From Paraspadella gotoi (lineage: Eukaryota > Animalia > Chaetognatha), in assembly GCA_051294375.1 (NCBI GenBank), contig CM119265.1:22650591-22714590 (forward strand): a stretch of DNA of 64,000 nucleotides. The letters run 5' to 3'. Positions 32,533 to 44,473 of this stretch are shown piece by piece; position 1 is the stretch's first letter, and every line of letters begins with the position of its first letter. The notes under the pieces are model-generated. The model searched no databases. It worked only from the letters and a program-made list of their open reading frames with translations, and was not told the origin of the DNA. A program made the translations under genes and the position numbers.

Positions 32533-35500
32533 ATGATTAGTCAGGTCGAGGAGAACCCATCGGAAGAGAAGTTATCGTGGCAGCCGAAGAAGGTCTGCAT
32601 CGTTGGATCCGGTGAGCGAATTCGTCGTGGAGCAATAAAGGTTATTTGTTAATCTATTTTTGACCGCGTTCAGGCAACTGGGGCTCCGCCATCGCGAAAA
32701 TCGTCGGCGTCAATGCCAAGTTGCGCGATGAGTTCGACGAAGAAGTTCGCATGTGGGTTTTTGAGGAAGAAATCGAGGGGCGAAAACTCACGGAAATCAT
32801 CAATACTGAGCACGAAAATGTCAAATATCTGCCCGGTTAGCGGGATCGAGGATTTTATTTTTAAAGATTTTACACGGATTACAAATGACTGTGGTTAATA
32901 TTTGTTCATTTCATTAGTTGGAAAAGTCCCTGACTGTTCTTAAAGGAAATTGATAATACTTTACATCATAGCAACTGGTGCGCTTGCCTTCCAGCAGCTT
33001 TTTTTGCAACATTTTCCCCTCTTATTTGATAGTTCAATTTTAAACTCATTGTAAAAAAATTGAGACATATTTTGAATTCTTTTACATTCATTAGTTAGTA
33101 TAATGACTTGGGAGTATGCAAAAAAATATATTAATATATTTCAAGGTTTAGTTGGGAAACTGGCTATTGCCAGATCATTGTTTTTTTCCAATTTTTTTTT
33201 CAATGCTGAAATTTTTATTTTCTATATGTTTTAACTAGAAAAACTATAAAATGAAAAAGGCTGTCATTTTGGTTGTGAAAAAGCTTTTGACATTTTCCAA
33301 GGGTGCAAAATCTGAAGTTGCTATAACAAATTATTTAGCCACAGTATTTGATCCTTTCATTTCACTCCCATTTGAAATCCGTGTATGTAACAAAAGAGTC
33401 ACTCGCGTTCCCTTTTTATCCCAGGATATTTGCTTCCGGAAAATATCATCGCCGTCCCGGATCTCCTGGAGGCAGCTGAAGGGGCAGACATTTTAATATT
33501 CGTCATCCCTCACCAGTTTCTCCCTCGATTATGTCTTCAGCTGAAGGTTTAATTCTATTTTCGCCAACATTTTCTCTCTCATAGATTGCTTTTTTTTTAT
33601 GTGATCGGATTTTTTAACCGTTAACTGCACCCACGTTTACCACGTTACTTCAGGGCACTGTGAAAGAGACGGCCGTCGGTATCTCGTTGATCAAAGGATT
33701 CGACACGTTGCCAGGCGGCGGACTTCGACTCATTTCCGAAGTTATCAGAGAGAACCTCGAGATTCAAACCGCCGTGCTTATGGGTAAAAACTCCGTGGGT
33801 CCCCCCCGGCTTTTGTTCCGACTTAGTTTCGGTTGACCGTATCAAAAAACCATTTTCCAGGAGCCAATTTGGCCAACGAGGTCGCTGCCGAACAATTTTG
33901 CGAGTCGACGATCGGTTGTAGCGACACAGAGATCGGTTATATGCTCAAAGGACTTTTTCAGGTCCGACTTCGTTCGTTTTTCAATTGCGATCACTCTCGA
34001 TTTCTCCCACGGCATCATGATTTTAATTTTAACTTGATACCCATGTCATCTTTACAGTCCCACTACTTTCGTATATCCGTCACCGATGACGCCAACACAG
34101 TGGAGATCTGTGGCGCGCTCAAAAATATCGTGGCGTGCGGCGCTGGCTTCGCCGACGGTCTAGGATTTGGCGACAACACCAAAGCGGCCATCATTCGATT
34201 GGGCCTGATGGAAATGGTGCAATATGTCAAGTCTTTTTACCCAGAATCCAAATCGGATACTTTTTTCGAGTCCTGTGGCGTCGCGGATTTGATCACAACC
34301 TGCTACGGAGGGCGAAACCGGAAATGTTCCGAGGCTTTTGCCAGGACGAAAAAGGTATGACCGCGGCTGTAAGTTGGCTTAAAGGTGTATGGGAGAACAT
34401 AGGAATCAAAATAAGTTGTGTTTTGCTTCGGATAGAACCATAGTGTAATTATAAAAAAACAGTTTTTATACTTTTTTACAAGTCTTAGACTAAAAAGAAA
34501 ACGCTTTAAGTTAAGAGATTATAGAAACTTTCGCCGAGAAATTCGTTCTCCTCTTTGAACGCTCCGAACTTCGTTCCCTCTCTAGAATTTCGTCGCCCGA
34601 ATCCGAGCCTTGGCAGCCCTTGTCGATCCCAATCCGCTCACTTTGCCCACTTAGCTCACTGGACTGGAGCTGACCGGTTTGGAAGCTTTGGCCGCTTTGT
34701 GCGATTCTCTTCGTGTTTCGTTGCATGATGATTTCATAGGAGTCGCGTCGGGTCAAGAGCGAGCTCGTCCCCGACGTCTCCACCCTTTTTGGCTCCCACT
34801 CGACGATTACGCTGGGCAACTTCGTCGCCTTTCGCTTATCTGTACGCCATGATTGATACGGTTGATTAATTGATTTGATTATTCGACTAGTCAAAATTGT
34901 ATCTATCCATGCATTATGCAAATTAATCCTTTACAAATCCTTTAATTTTCTTAATATCTTTCACAATTTTTGTATGCAGATTCGAAAACGAAAGTTTTAG
35001 TATTTTTACAACGATTTTTATTACAAAGTATTGGACATGTTTCGACTCTTGTTTTCGAGTCTTCATCAGCATCAACATGTTGTAAAAATACTAAAACTTT
35101 CGTTTTCGAATCTGCCATCTTATTGAACAACGAAAAGAGAGAAAAATTACACAATTTTTGTATGAAAATAGTTTATAACCTTTCTCTTGTTTCGTCAAAT
35201 GCGCCTCCCACAATTTTTGGATGTTTTTCAACTCGCGTTTGAGGCTTTTGTTGCTGGACCGACGGGCCGCGATAACGCGCCCTTTCAGCTCGTTTTGGTT
35301 TTCTGAGATGAAGTCGAGCATCCACTTGGAGCCTTCCGTCAGGTTCATGACCTCCACGGTGTTAGACGCGATGGAAAAGGTGTTGCGCCACCCGCTTAAG
35401 GCGTTGTATTCTTGGGTCGTTCTTTGGCATTCCTCGTTGAATCCCTTCCGAGGATTGATGCTTTCTTCGGCGAAAACGACTCGAATATTTCTGGTAAAAA

Positions 35501-36605
35501 AAGATGGTGAAAAAATTATTTATTAAAATTTCGCTCCTCTAATTTTTTTAAAGTGTCGCCTTTTTTGATGTACTCTCTCGATTTGTCGTTGAGGGTTAGG
35601 GATTGAACGCAGTGAAGAAAAACTCACGAATGGATGAGAGAGGTGGGGAAAGAGACAGTGGGTTGGATTTGTAGTGGAAATAATGACTTACTCATTCTCC
35701 GAAAGTAAAGCGTCCAACTCGTAAATAGCGAAGAACAAATCTTCGGTCATCGTGTATTCGGCGTCGATCTTAGTTCCCACGATGAGAAAGGGTTTTCTTT
35801 TGATGTCCGGGTGTTCGATCGTCTCTGAGAGGCGCTCCTTCGTATCCGACGAATTTCGGACGTCGGTCACGTCGATGGCGTAGATGACGCCCTGAACTTC
35901 CCCGAACATGACGGGCCAATCGGCGCGCAGAGCTTCCGTCCCACCGATTTCGTATATCACCACCTTTTTTGAGGGAAGGACAAAAGTCGTGCTTTTTCGA
36001 AAGGGGGGTAGCGGGGAAATTCTCTCGTACTTTGTGTCCGTGAAGGCAGTTGACTGTCTCTTTTCGCAGCCCCAACGTCGGAACTGTGGGCGTCTTGTCG
36101 TCGTTGGTTCCCGCCATCGTTTTCACCAATGTCGTTTTCCCCGATGATAGCGAACCGACGACCAAGACGGATTTCTGACGGCTTCCCCATTTTACGCACG
36201 CCATCCGCGTGACTGAGATAGATGGGGGGAAAACGATTTTCTACTGCAGAAACTATTGGTTCCACGGATTATGTTTTAGTAGAGTTTTTCTTCAAGTAGT
36301 ACGCCATTTTATACTCGGTTTTTAAACTCCGGTAGTTACTGCGTTTTAAATCAATTTTAAACAACTAAGTGTCTTAAAAAATTAAATCTTTTCTTATTCA
36401 GCCGATCGAAGAAATCGAGAAGGAATTATTAAATGGACAAAAACTACAAGGGCCAGAGACTGCCCGAGAAGTCTACTCCATGTTAGTGAAAAAGAACTTA
36501 ACGGAGAAATATCCTATGTTCGTCTCCATACATCAGATTTTTGAAGGCAAAAAGGACGTCACTGAATTCGTCGATTGCTTGCGTAATCATCCAGTGCACA
36601 TATAA
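32533..36605 (+). CDS. GPD1: Cytosolic NAD-dependent glycerol-3-phosphate dehydrogenase
   Basis: [87 protein letters not shown]. Last intron is 34355-36401. Confidence 0.96.
34511..36204 (-). CDS. Divergent ARL13-like small GTPase, 4 exons, nested antisense in the last GPD1 intron
   Basis: P-loop [38 protein letters not shown], then a coiled-coil-like helix and low-complexity tail. Exons join through GT-AG introns. Confidence 0.75.
34962..35164. mobile_element. Penelope-like terminal-repeat remnant with an inversion
   Basis: Perfect 37-bp inverted repeat (34976-35012 / 35079-35115) around a hammerhead, with a 15-bp direct repeat cacaatttttgtatg at 34962-34976 and 35150-35164. Confidence 0.65.
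35028..35076 (-). ncRNA. Minimal type I hammerhead ribozyme
   Basis: Minus strand reads CTGATGA-A-GACTC-gaaaacaa-GAGTC-GAAAC-AT-GTC. Perfect 5-bp stem II. Predicted cleavage after GUC, between 35034 and 35033. Confidence 0.8.
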
Positions 36606-37149
36606 TTTTAGATTATTGATCATTGAATAATGATCGATTAAGAGATTGTCACCGGATTTCCTCGAAAAATTTTTATGTGTACAAAACTTTATCCTGGTGA
36701 TCATTTCAATCGCGCTCTGAAGAGGAAATACGGAAAATCGTAGCCTTAGACATTTTATTTGATTGTAACCAAAGATTTGGAATCTGTTTATAGACCACAT
36801 CGTAACGCCGAGCTATAAAGTTGAATCGGTAGTTGGTCGAAACTCAAGAGCAAGAACTATTCCTGCTGTGATGTTATTTTTTTTTTTTTTTTACCAGATC
36901 AAAACAGTCTCGTGTGAGTATTTTTGAACTTTAGTTCTGCAATTTTTCTTCAAAAAAATGATTTCCTCTGAAAATATTTTTATTTTAGAACTCATTTACT
37001 TATTTATTGTTTACAAATTTAAGTTCAAAAATAGCGACATGATGATTGTGTGTCTTTTTATTGTTAATTCTAGTTTCATAATTAAAAACACGTTCTACTT
37101 AAAACTTTTTGATGAAAAAAAAATTATGAAAACTAATATTTGACAAGAT

Positions 37150-40100
37150 ATGGCCTCAGTTTCAAATCGGAAGGAGTCTTCCTCGATTAGGACTTCCAAA
37201 GTTAAACAATATAATCCGAGGTGACTTTGTCAACGTTGTTGAATTATTAATTTTACTTAAAAGAAATCACATTTAACTACTCTTTGTATGAAAATTAGTA
37301 GGTCCAAATTCGTGTTGGATCAATTGCTTAAATGGTTGTACCGGCCATCCGACCCTGCGTCTCTCGGGATCTTTCGGTTACTCTTTGGAATGTCAATGAT
37401 TCACGATATAATGAACGAAAGGTGAGTGTAGATATTTTGCTTAGTTTTAACGAGTCGATTTGTTAGTCATTTGGACAAAATTTCTGATTTCTTTTTTTCA
37501 TTATTTGTTCTCAGACATATGAGCCATTTGGATCGCATTTGGGGAGATCCCGTTCATTGTCATTTTCCTCTTTTTAACTTTTTGTACCCTGCCTCTCTCG
37601 CCTGGATGCACGTTATTTATCTTTTTATGCTCATAGGTAAGTTCTGTTTTTCTGTTGTCTAAAACCTAATCTTTTGATCAACTTACAAGTCTTACATACA
37701 TAATATTTTTAGGCGCGATTTGCGTTGCTCTTGGAATAGTGTTCGGGTTTACCGTTTGGATGTTTGTAATACCTTATTGGTACTTATTTCTTCTCGATAA
37801 GACAAGATGGAACAACCACTCTTACTTGTACGGCCTCGTTTCCATTTTGTTGTCCTTTACCAACGCCGGAAACTTTCTCAGCGTTGACTCTGTCCTTTTT
37901 CCCGAAAAGTCAAACGCCCACGTCCCGTTTTGGAATTACGCCATTCTGAGGTGGGAAATTGAACGAGCGACGTTTTTTCCTTATCCGTTATCCTCGTTTT
38001 TCACTACATGCGTCAGTTTTTATATTTTTCATTTTAGGTTTCAAATTTTTCTCGTTTACTTCATCGCGGGTCTGAAAAAGCTGGATCCTGATTGGGTGAC
38101 GGGATGGTCGATGCAGAATTTGTCGCGGCACTGGGTCTTTGAACCTTTCACCCATATAATGTCAAAAGAGGTTAGTTTTGGTAAAAGTTGAATTGATTCC
38201 GATCCTATCCCTCCGCGAAAACTTATGAAACCTTGTCGAAAATTCCAGTAGATGGTCGATCTCTTGGTTGTGCACGGTGGAGGATTGTTCCTTGATCTGT
38301 TCGGCGGTTGGCTACTGCTCTTCGACAAAACCAGGATTTTCGCTCTCGTTCTGCTATCTCAATTTCACGTCATGAACTCACAACTTTTTGAAATCGGTAA
38401 GGTTTAAATTAAAACTCATTAGGGGTTGGTGATTTACAATGACGCCCGTTTTTTCAGCTTTAATTCCGATTTTTTTTTTTTTTTTTTAAGGAATGTTCCC
38501 TTACGTCATGCTCGTGACGGGGGCCATTTTTTGCCACCCTGAATGGCCAAGAAAGGTTGGCGACGCTTTTCGAAAGATCAGCTGGAAAAATGTATGGGCC
38601 GTCAAAAAATGGGAAGAATCTCTTGACGTCCATCGATCACGAATCAGCCCATCTCCGTGGCATCCCTGCTTTCCTTCCGCCGATTGCCTCTACACAAAGG
38701 AGGAACTCAAACCCGACAGCCTTCACGACTCCGACGGATCCGCCTCATTCAGCCGCGCTCCTCCTCTCCGCTCCACCCCGTCCACTTCTCATAAAACCGT
38801 GGCGTCCCTTCTCATCGTCTACGCACTCCTCCAGTGCTTCTTGCCTTACTCCCATTTTCTCACAAAAGGCTACAACCTGTGGACGGAAGGCCTCTATGGC
38901 TATTCGTGGGACATGATGGTGCAGAGTTGGAGCATGCAACACATTCGAGTTCGCTTCGTCGATCGCGAGTCCAACGAGACCGGCTTCCTTAATCCCGACG
39001 CCATGACGATGGGCATGGGAAGGAGGTGGAGCTCTCACCCGGACATGGTCAAGCAGTACGCGGGCTGCGTCGAAAGGAAATTCCAAGAGTTGAACATTCG
39101 CAACTTTAGTCTTTACTTGGACGTCTGGCGTTCCATGAACGGACGATTTCAGGTTGGAATGATTGTGAAATTGTGAATAGTCAATATTAGAAAGTCTTTA
39201 ATCTCATCCTGGGTTCACCCCAATCTTGATTTTTATAGCAACGGATGTACGACCCCCGAGTGGACATTCTTCTCGCCGAATGGTCGCCTACGTCGTCGCT
39301 CGATTGGACTCTCCCGCTTCTGTCTGAACTGACCGACTGGCGAGGAAAGCTGTCAGAGATTCGGCGGGAATTGAAGGCAAAGGCGGAGGACGCCGAGGAG
39401 CCGTTGGCCCATGTGGTTTTCGTGGCCGACTTCCCCGGCCTCTTCCTCGAGAACTTTGTGCAACCAGAGATCGACGAGGCCTTTGTCGAGCTGCTGGATG
39501 GTCGCGCCTGGCTCGAATATGGAGGGAGCACCGGCGTCCAGTGGATTCAAAACGGAACGAATTTGGAGCCCGGAGTGAGGGTCAGGGTTTCGTCAGGAGA
39601 GTTTCATCGTGTGCATACGGTTGGTGAGTATTTCCACCTCACCCGCCCAGAAATCAATAACGGGTTTTACAAGTTGATAATAACAAAATCGACTTTAATG
39701 GTTCATTAATATGACAATAGAAATACATTGATTGACGCTACTTTTTGACCCAATGTCGACCGCGATTTAGTTGATTGGGCGTCAAACGATTTTGGGCCAA
39801 GTTGCGTTTGAGTCTGCAATTTGAAAGACCAATGGGTCGGGTACGCCCAAGTCGCCGTCCTCGCCATGTTCCTCCTCCACGCTAAAGCGTAAACCCATGG
39901 CCTTTAAAATGTTTTTTTTTTTGGGGGGGGGGCTTTTAAACTTGGGTTTACGTAATGTAATTCACAGAATATTACAAATTTTACCTTGTGTTTTTCATGT
40001 TGATAATTATCCTCTGTCGTTCTTCCAAGTTCTTCACGCCGAAACAAAAAATCTGGGGAAATTTGCTCTGTGAGATAACAGTTTGGCGATTCATTGATAA

Positions 40101-42260
40101 CCAGCCGATCGTGTCGGTCTATGTTTGGACCGTGGTTGACGACCCTCTGGAATCGAGTTGGTATTTCCGGGAGATTTCCGTCGACTCTCTGAAGATTCAG
40201 TAGTCCCACAGGCAATGATTGATCGGGAAGCTGACAAGATTCCTGCGCTCCGTGCTCATCCTCACCCCATGAGCGTGGCAATGGCTCGACGGAATTGTTG
40301 TGGGATTGGGCGGAGTTGGCCAAATGCGTCTCGAGTGTATCAGTATTTCTCGTGGAGTCAAGTGGCGTGTTGGGATGGTTGTAGGTGGCGTTAAGCTGAG
40401 TCAGAGAATTTTCCGAGGCGCGAGCCAACACAGTGCGCTGCTGTTTTCTTCGGAGGGAAAATGGCCATAACAAGGTCTGAATTAAAACTTTTATTTGATT
40501 TTTTTACTTGCGACTAAGGGAGACGAGTTTAATTATTTGGCTCATGAGATTTGGTTTGCATTCCGCCCTTTGTTGATCCCCTCCTACGGAATTCGTTTGG
40601 TCTCCAGCATCTTGAACAAGATTTTTATTTGGCACAAACTTCACATCATTAATTCACATTCGCTCACTCACTTATCGACCTCGTTGCCAGCCAGACGCAC
40701 ACGGCGGTGACCAAAACTGAACCAGTAACTGAGAGCGGCGTCACTACTTTAATCATGAAATCCAAAGATCCTCTCAACTGGACAATTTCTTTTTCCATCT
40801 CTCGCTTTTGGTCTTTCGTCGATTCTACCAACTGCAATGCCTCTTTAGCCTCGAAGTAAAGCTTTTTCCACGAGGAATCAGTTTTCTGAAAGTGAGGAAC
40901 GAAAAAAGAAAGAACATTATATGGTGGACTAAAATCCACCAACCGTTCATCAGCGGCCATTGGTGCAGGAGGCAAGTCATTCGCCTCCCAACCCAAAGGT
41001 CCGGGGTTCTAGCCCGGTGGTCGCCTAGCAGTTAAGAGGGACGGGGCCGTAAAGCGCCTGTAACACGTTGTTACAGCCTGATCCGAAGCTCAGGGACTGC
41101 TTATATTGAACGGTTCTGTCACTAACGCATAACAATTATTACTATCTCTTCAATTACTATTTTAAGAATTGCACAAGTGACGAATGCGTACCTCGATTCG
41201 GCCTTCGTGTTCGTAACATGGGCAATGCCTTTTGCATTGTTCCTCCGTCCCCCGGTCTGTCGCTTCTTCACAGATTTCCGTGCAGCATCTCGTCTGAAAA
41301 GGCAGGTCGTCCGCCTGAAAGCATCCCTCCTTGCAAAAGCACCCAGCGTCATCGATGTAGCCGTTCGTGCAAGCAACGCTCAGAAAGCTGACGAATAACT
41401 TAACGAAAGCTGACATAATGATGTTAAAAAAATCTGTTAAAAGGGCTAAAGCATAAACTATAACTAAAAAATCGGTTGTTGGTCTCGCAAAAGACAATTC
41501 CTCGATCGTAAAGCTCGTTTTTAATGCTCAATTTGGAAGCTACGATCGATTCCGTTAGTTTAGTATGGCAATATTTTCTAGAAAAGGTTTTTTAAAGTTT
41601 GGATTTATTAATTTGTCATTGACAGCTAATTTCCTTCAGGCGATCGACCATCGTGTTACATGTACATATTTGCTAATTCAACCGACGTTGAACTTTGGAG
41701 GAATTTGACAAGAATAAAGAAAACAGTGGACGCGATGGCCAATCTCACGGAAAGCGAACAGGGTCGCGTCTGGAACTTTAGTAATCCGGAACACGTCGCT
41801 CTTTTTTCAAATAAATCGATCGGTAGGATTCTAACTTGAAAAATGCTAAAAAATACTTACGTAAAATATAGTAATTAAAAATTGTAAACTAAAATTTTCT
41901 GACATCCTCTTAGACGATCCCGAAATTCCGATTCTAATCGCTCGTTGGAAACAACTCCGCCAAAGACGCGAATTAGAATCACGTCCTTTGATCGCGCGAA
42001 GCCTCGTCACATTTCGACGAAAGGCGGGCGATCAATTAAACAAATATCTTCGCGCCTTCGAGAAAGCGGGCAAGGCTGTGATCAGCATCATCGAAGGAAT
42101 TTCCATGGAGGAGTATCTCAGTCGCGAACGACTGGCGAGAGATAAAGCGTTGTGGGGTGACGCTGGTAAGGGCGTGACCAACTTCGATGACACCGACGAT
42201 AGAGTCAGCATTCTCGACTCTAATTCCGCCGATTTCATTTCCGACCGCCCAGAAAACTAA
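37150..42260 (+). CDS. GGCX: Vitamin K-dependent gamma-glutamyl carboxylase
   Basis: RPSDPASLGIFR, LLDKTRWNNHSYLYGL, VYFIAGLKKLDPDW, IGMFPYVML, LPYSHFLTKGYNLWTEGLYGYSWDMMV, DVWRSMNGRFQQRMYDPRVD, FVADFPGLFLENF. Confidence 0.96.
39782..41416 (-). CDS. Single-pass membrane protein with one cysteine-rich domain (TNF-receptor-like), nested antisense in a GGCX intron
   Basis: Exon 41416-41192: signal peptide MSAFVKLFVSFLSVACTNG plus Cys-rich domain. Exon 40885-40672: helical stalk plus TM segment. Cytoplasmic exons about 40477-39985 and 39901-39782. The join across 40480-40670 is unresolved. Confidence 0.6.
40923..41118 (-). mobile_element. Small Helentron/Helitron2-like or SINE-derived element
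   Basis: Inverted aaccgttca (40941-40949) / tgaacggtt (41107-41115), adjacent terminal hairpin ggtgga-ctaaaa-tccacc (40923-40940), further internal hairpins. Confidence 0.45.
40953..41025 (+). pseudogene. tRNA-like sequence (Gly-CCC-like pseudo-tRNA or SINE head)
   Basis: Acceptor stem gcggcca/tggtcgc, A-box-like tggtgcaggagg, T arm ccggg-gttctag-cccgg, tRNA length. The anticodon stem is poorly paired. Confidence 0.65.
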
Positions 42261-42403
42261 AACCGAAGCCGGGATTTTTTGTTTGTTTTTGTTGCTGTTT
42301 CTCATTGATTTGCTCACTTTTTTACATTTATACAATATATAGATAGGAATTAGATTTTTTGTGATTTTTTTTTAAGTTTTCATCCTTCAACGAAATACGA
42401 ACT

Positions 42404-44313
42404 ATGTCCCTAAACAAATACATGCACCCGCGGAATCCTTACCTTAGGAAAAAGCCTGACTTTAAGGAGCTGGCTATCAAGTTCGACTTTTTCCGCGAGC
42501 ACGTGACTTCGACGCTGACGGGAAAATGCATGCTTGACTTTAGACGACCGGAGGCGTTGAGGGCTCTACTGAGGGCGCTGCTGAAGGATGACTTTGGTTT
42601 GGAGCTCGACATTCCCGTCACTCGCCTCATCCCCACCCTTCCGTTAAGGATCAACTACCTCCTATGGATTCAGGATGTACTCGAGGTTGTCAAACCGGAA
42701 ATGGCACCTCAGAGTTTTTTGGGCGTCGACATCGGCGCCGGTTCTTCTTGCATATATTCGCTGTTGGGCAGGTAAGGGCTAATTTTACTAATTCATGTCT
42801 TTGGCAAGTAAATGCTTTAATAAAAATGCTTTTTAGCAAATTTTTCAATTTGGACTTCCTCGCACTCGAAGTTGACGACGTCTCCTTTGATTACGCCGTA
42901 AAAAATGTCGCCCTCAACTCTCTCACCTCTCGCATTCGTGTTGCACGCGCCAGCGTCGACGAGCCTTTTCACGTGGCGCTCTCTCGCTCCCTCGTGCCCA
43001 GTGACTCCGACCGCGCTCTCTTTGTCATGTGCAACCCGCCTTTCTTCGCCGACACTTGCGACCTTCAGGCCGTCTTCAGCACGCGAAAGGATGAGCGGCC
43101 GCAACCATGGAGCGTCTCCTCGGCGGCGGACGTCGAGGCCATCACCCTCGGCGGTGAAGTCGGCTTCGTCCGCCGTCTTATAGAATCTTCTCTCGTACTG
43201 CGCGATCGGGTTGCGGTCTATACTACCATGCTGGGAAAAAAGTCTTCCATCTCTCCTCTCAAAATTTTTCTCCAAAGCCACGGCGTTCGCAACATCGGCC
43301 TTTACGAGTTTTGCCAGGGACGCACGATGCGATGGGGACTCTGCTGGGTCGTTCCGTCGGCGTCGGAACCCGCAGCTTCGGCCACGGAGAAAGAGCGCCT
43401 CCATTTCCCTGTCTCCCCCTTCCAGACGGAACGGAAGAACGCCAAGCCCGTGAAGTTTGCGGTGCCAAAAAGAAGCGAGGCAGAGCACAAGGTGAGCCTG
43501 GTGGCCTGGCGAGTGCAGGCGTTGCTCGACGAACTCGACGCCGAACACGAGGAGACGTCCTCATCAGTCGACGCCGTCGTCATCCGGGCGCGAGCATTCG
43601 AACGCTCTTGGGCCAATCAGCGGCGCAAAAGGCGGGAGAAAATGAGGGAGACGAAGCGAATGGCGCTCAAGCGGCGGGCCAACGACGATGCTGGCGACGT
43701 CGCTATGGAAACGGCGTCGCCAGAAAAAGATGATGGAAACCGCGGCGCCGATGCCGTGGGCGGCACCGAAGATAGAGCCGCTTGCAAACGGCTTAAGGTT
43801 GGCGAAAATTGCGCTTTTTTTCATTAAAATTTCAATCAGTTTTAATTTACAAATTTCTCCAACAGGTTGACGACGAGGACGAAGGCTTCGTCGGTGGAGA
43901 CGACGCCGACACAACCGACACGCCGATGGATAGAAGCCAAAGCGACGTGGACAGTCTCTCCCCGGCGTCGGCGACGTCGCGAGCGTCCGGGGCCGAGAAC
44001 AACGGTTCGCCGACTGAAGTCAACGCAGACGTCGACGGAGGCATTTTGGAGGACGGGTGTGGATTTGAACCCGCAGACGAGGACCAGGTTAATTTTTGTT
44101 TATCGTTGTCGCGAAATTTTGGTCAAATTTTACTTTGTTTTCCGTTGCTAGGAAAAAAAGAACAAACAAAAGACGCCCGTTCTCGACACTGTCATTACGA
44201 TTTCCCGACAAAACGCCCAAGAAATCACCATAGACTTAAGCTGGGATCCCGGCCAGGATCGCGATAATCTTTACCAAGTGCTTCAGTTTTTCAAAAACAG
44301 ATTCAACCGTTGA
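42404..44313 (+). CDS. METTL16: RNA N6-adenosine methyltransferase
   Basis: MSLNKYMHPRN, RLIPTLPLRINYLLWI, GVDIGAGSSCIY, catalytic CNPPFF, GGEVGFV, MLGKK, EFCQGRTMRWG, WANQRRKRRE. Confidence 0.96.
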
Positions 44314-44473
44314 ATGTTTGTTGTCATATACGCCATTCGTTCGTTTACAAACGTGTATTGTTTACTCTTGTCTCTTTTCGCAGCGGCCATAATCTCTTAG
44401 TTGGTGTGTGTATAAACTACTTACACAAAATCTATTTTTATACTAAAAACGTCGATTTGTATAAAGAACTGCC

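Noticed and set aside
10486-36605. NAD-metabolism cluster (MTHFD2, NAXD, GPD1)
   Set aside because: Interspersed with unrelated genes; no evidence of functional clustering beyond housekeeping roles.
42817-43548. 243-aa antisense ORF, and the similar 55845-56588 ORF
   Set aside because: Shadow ORFs opposite long GC-rich exons of METTL16 and VPS13D.
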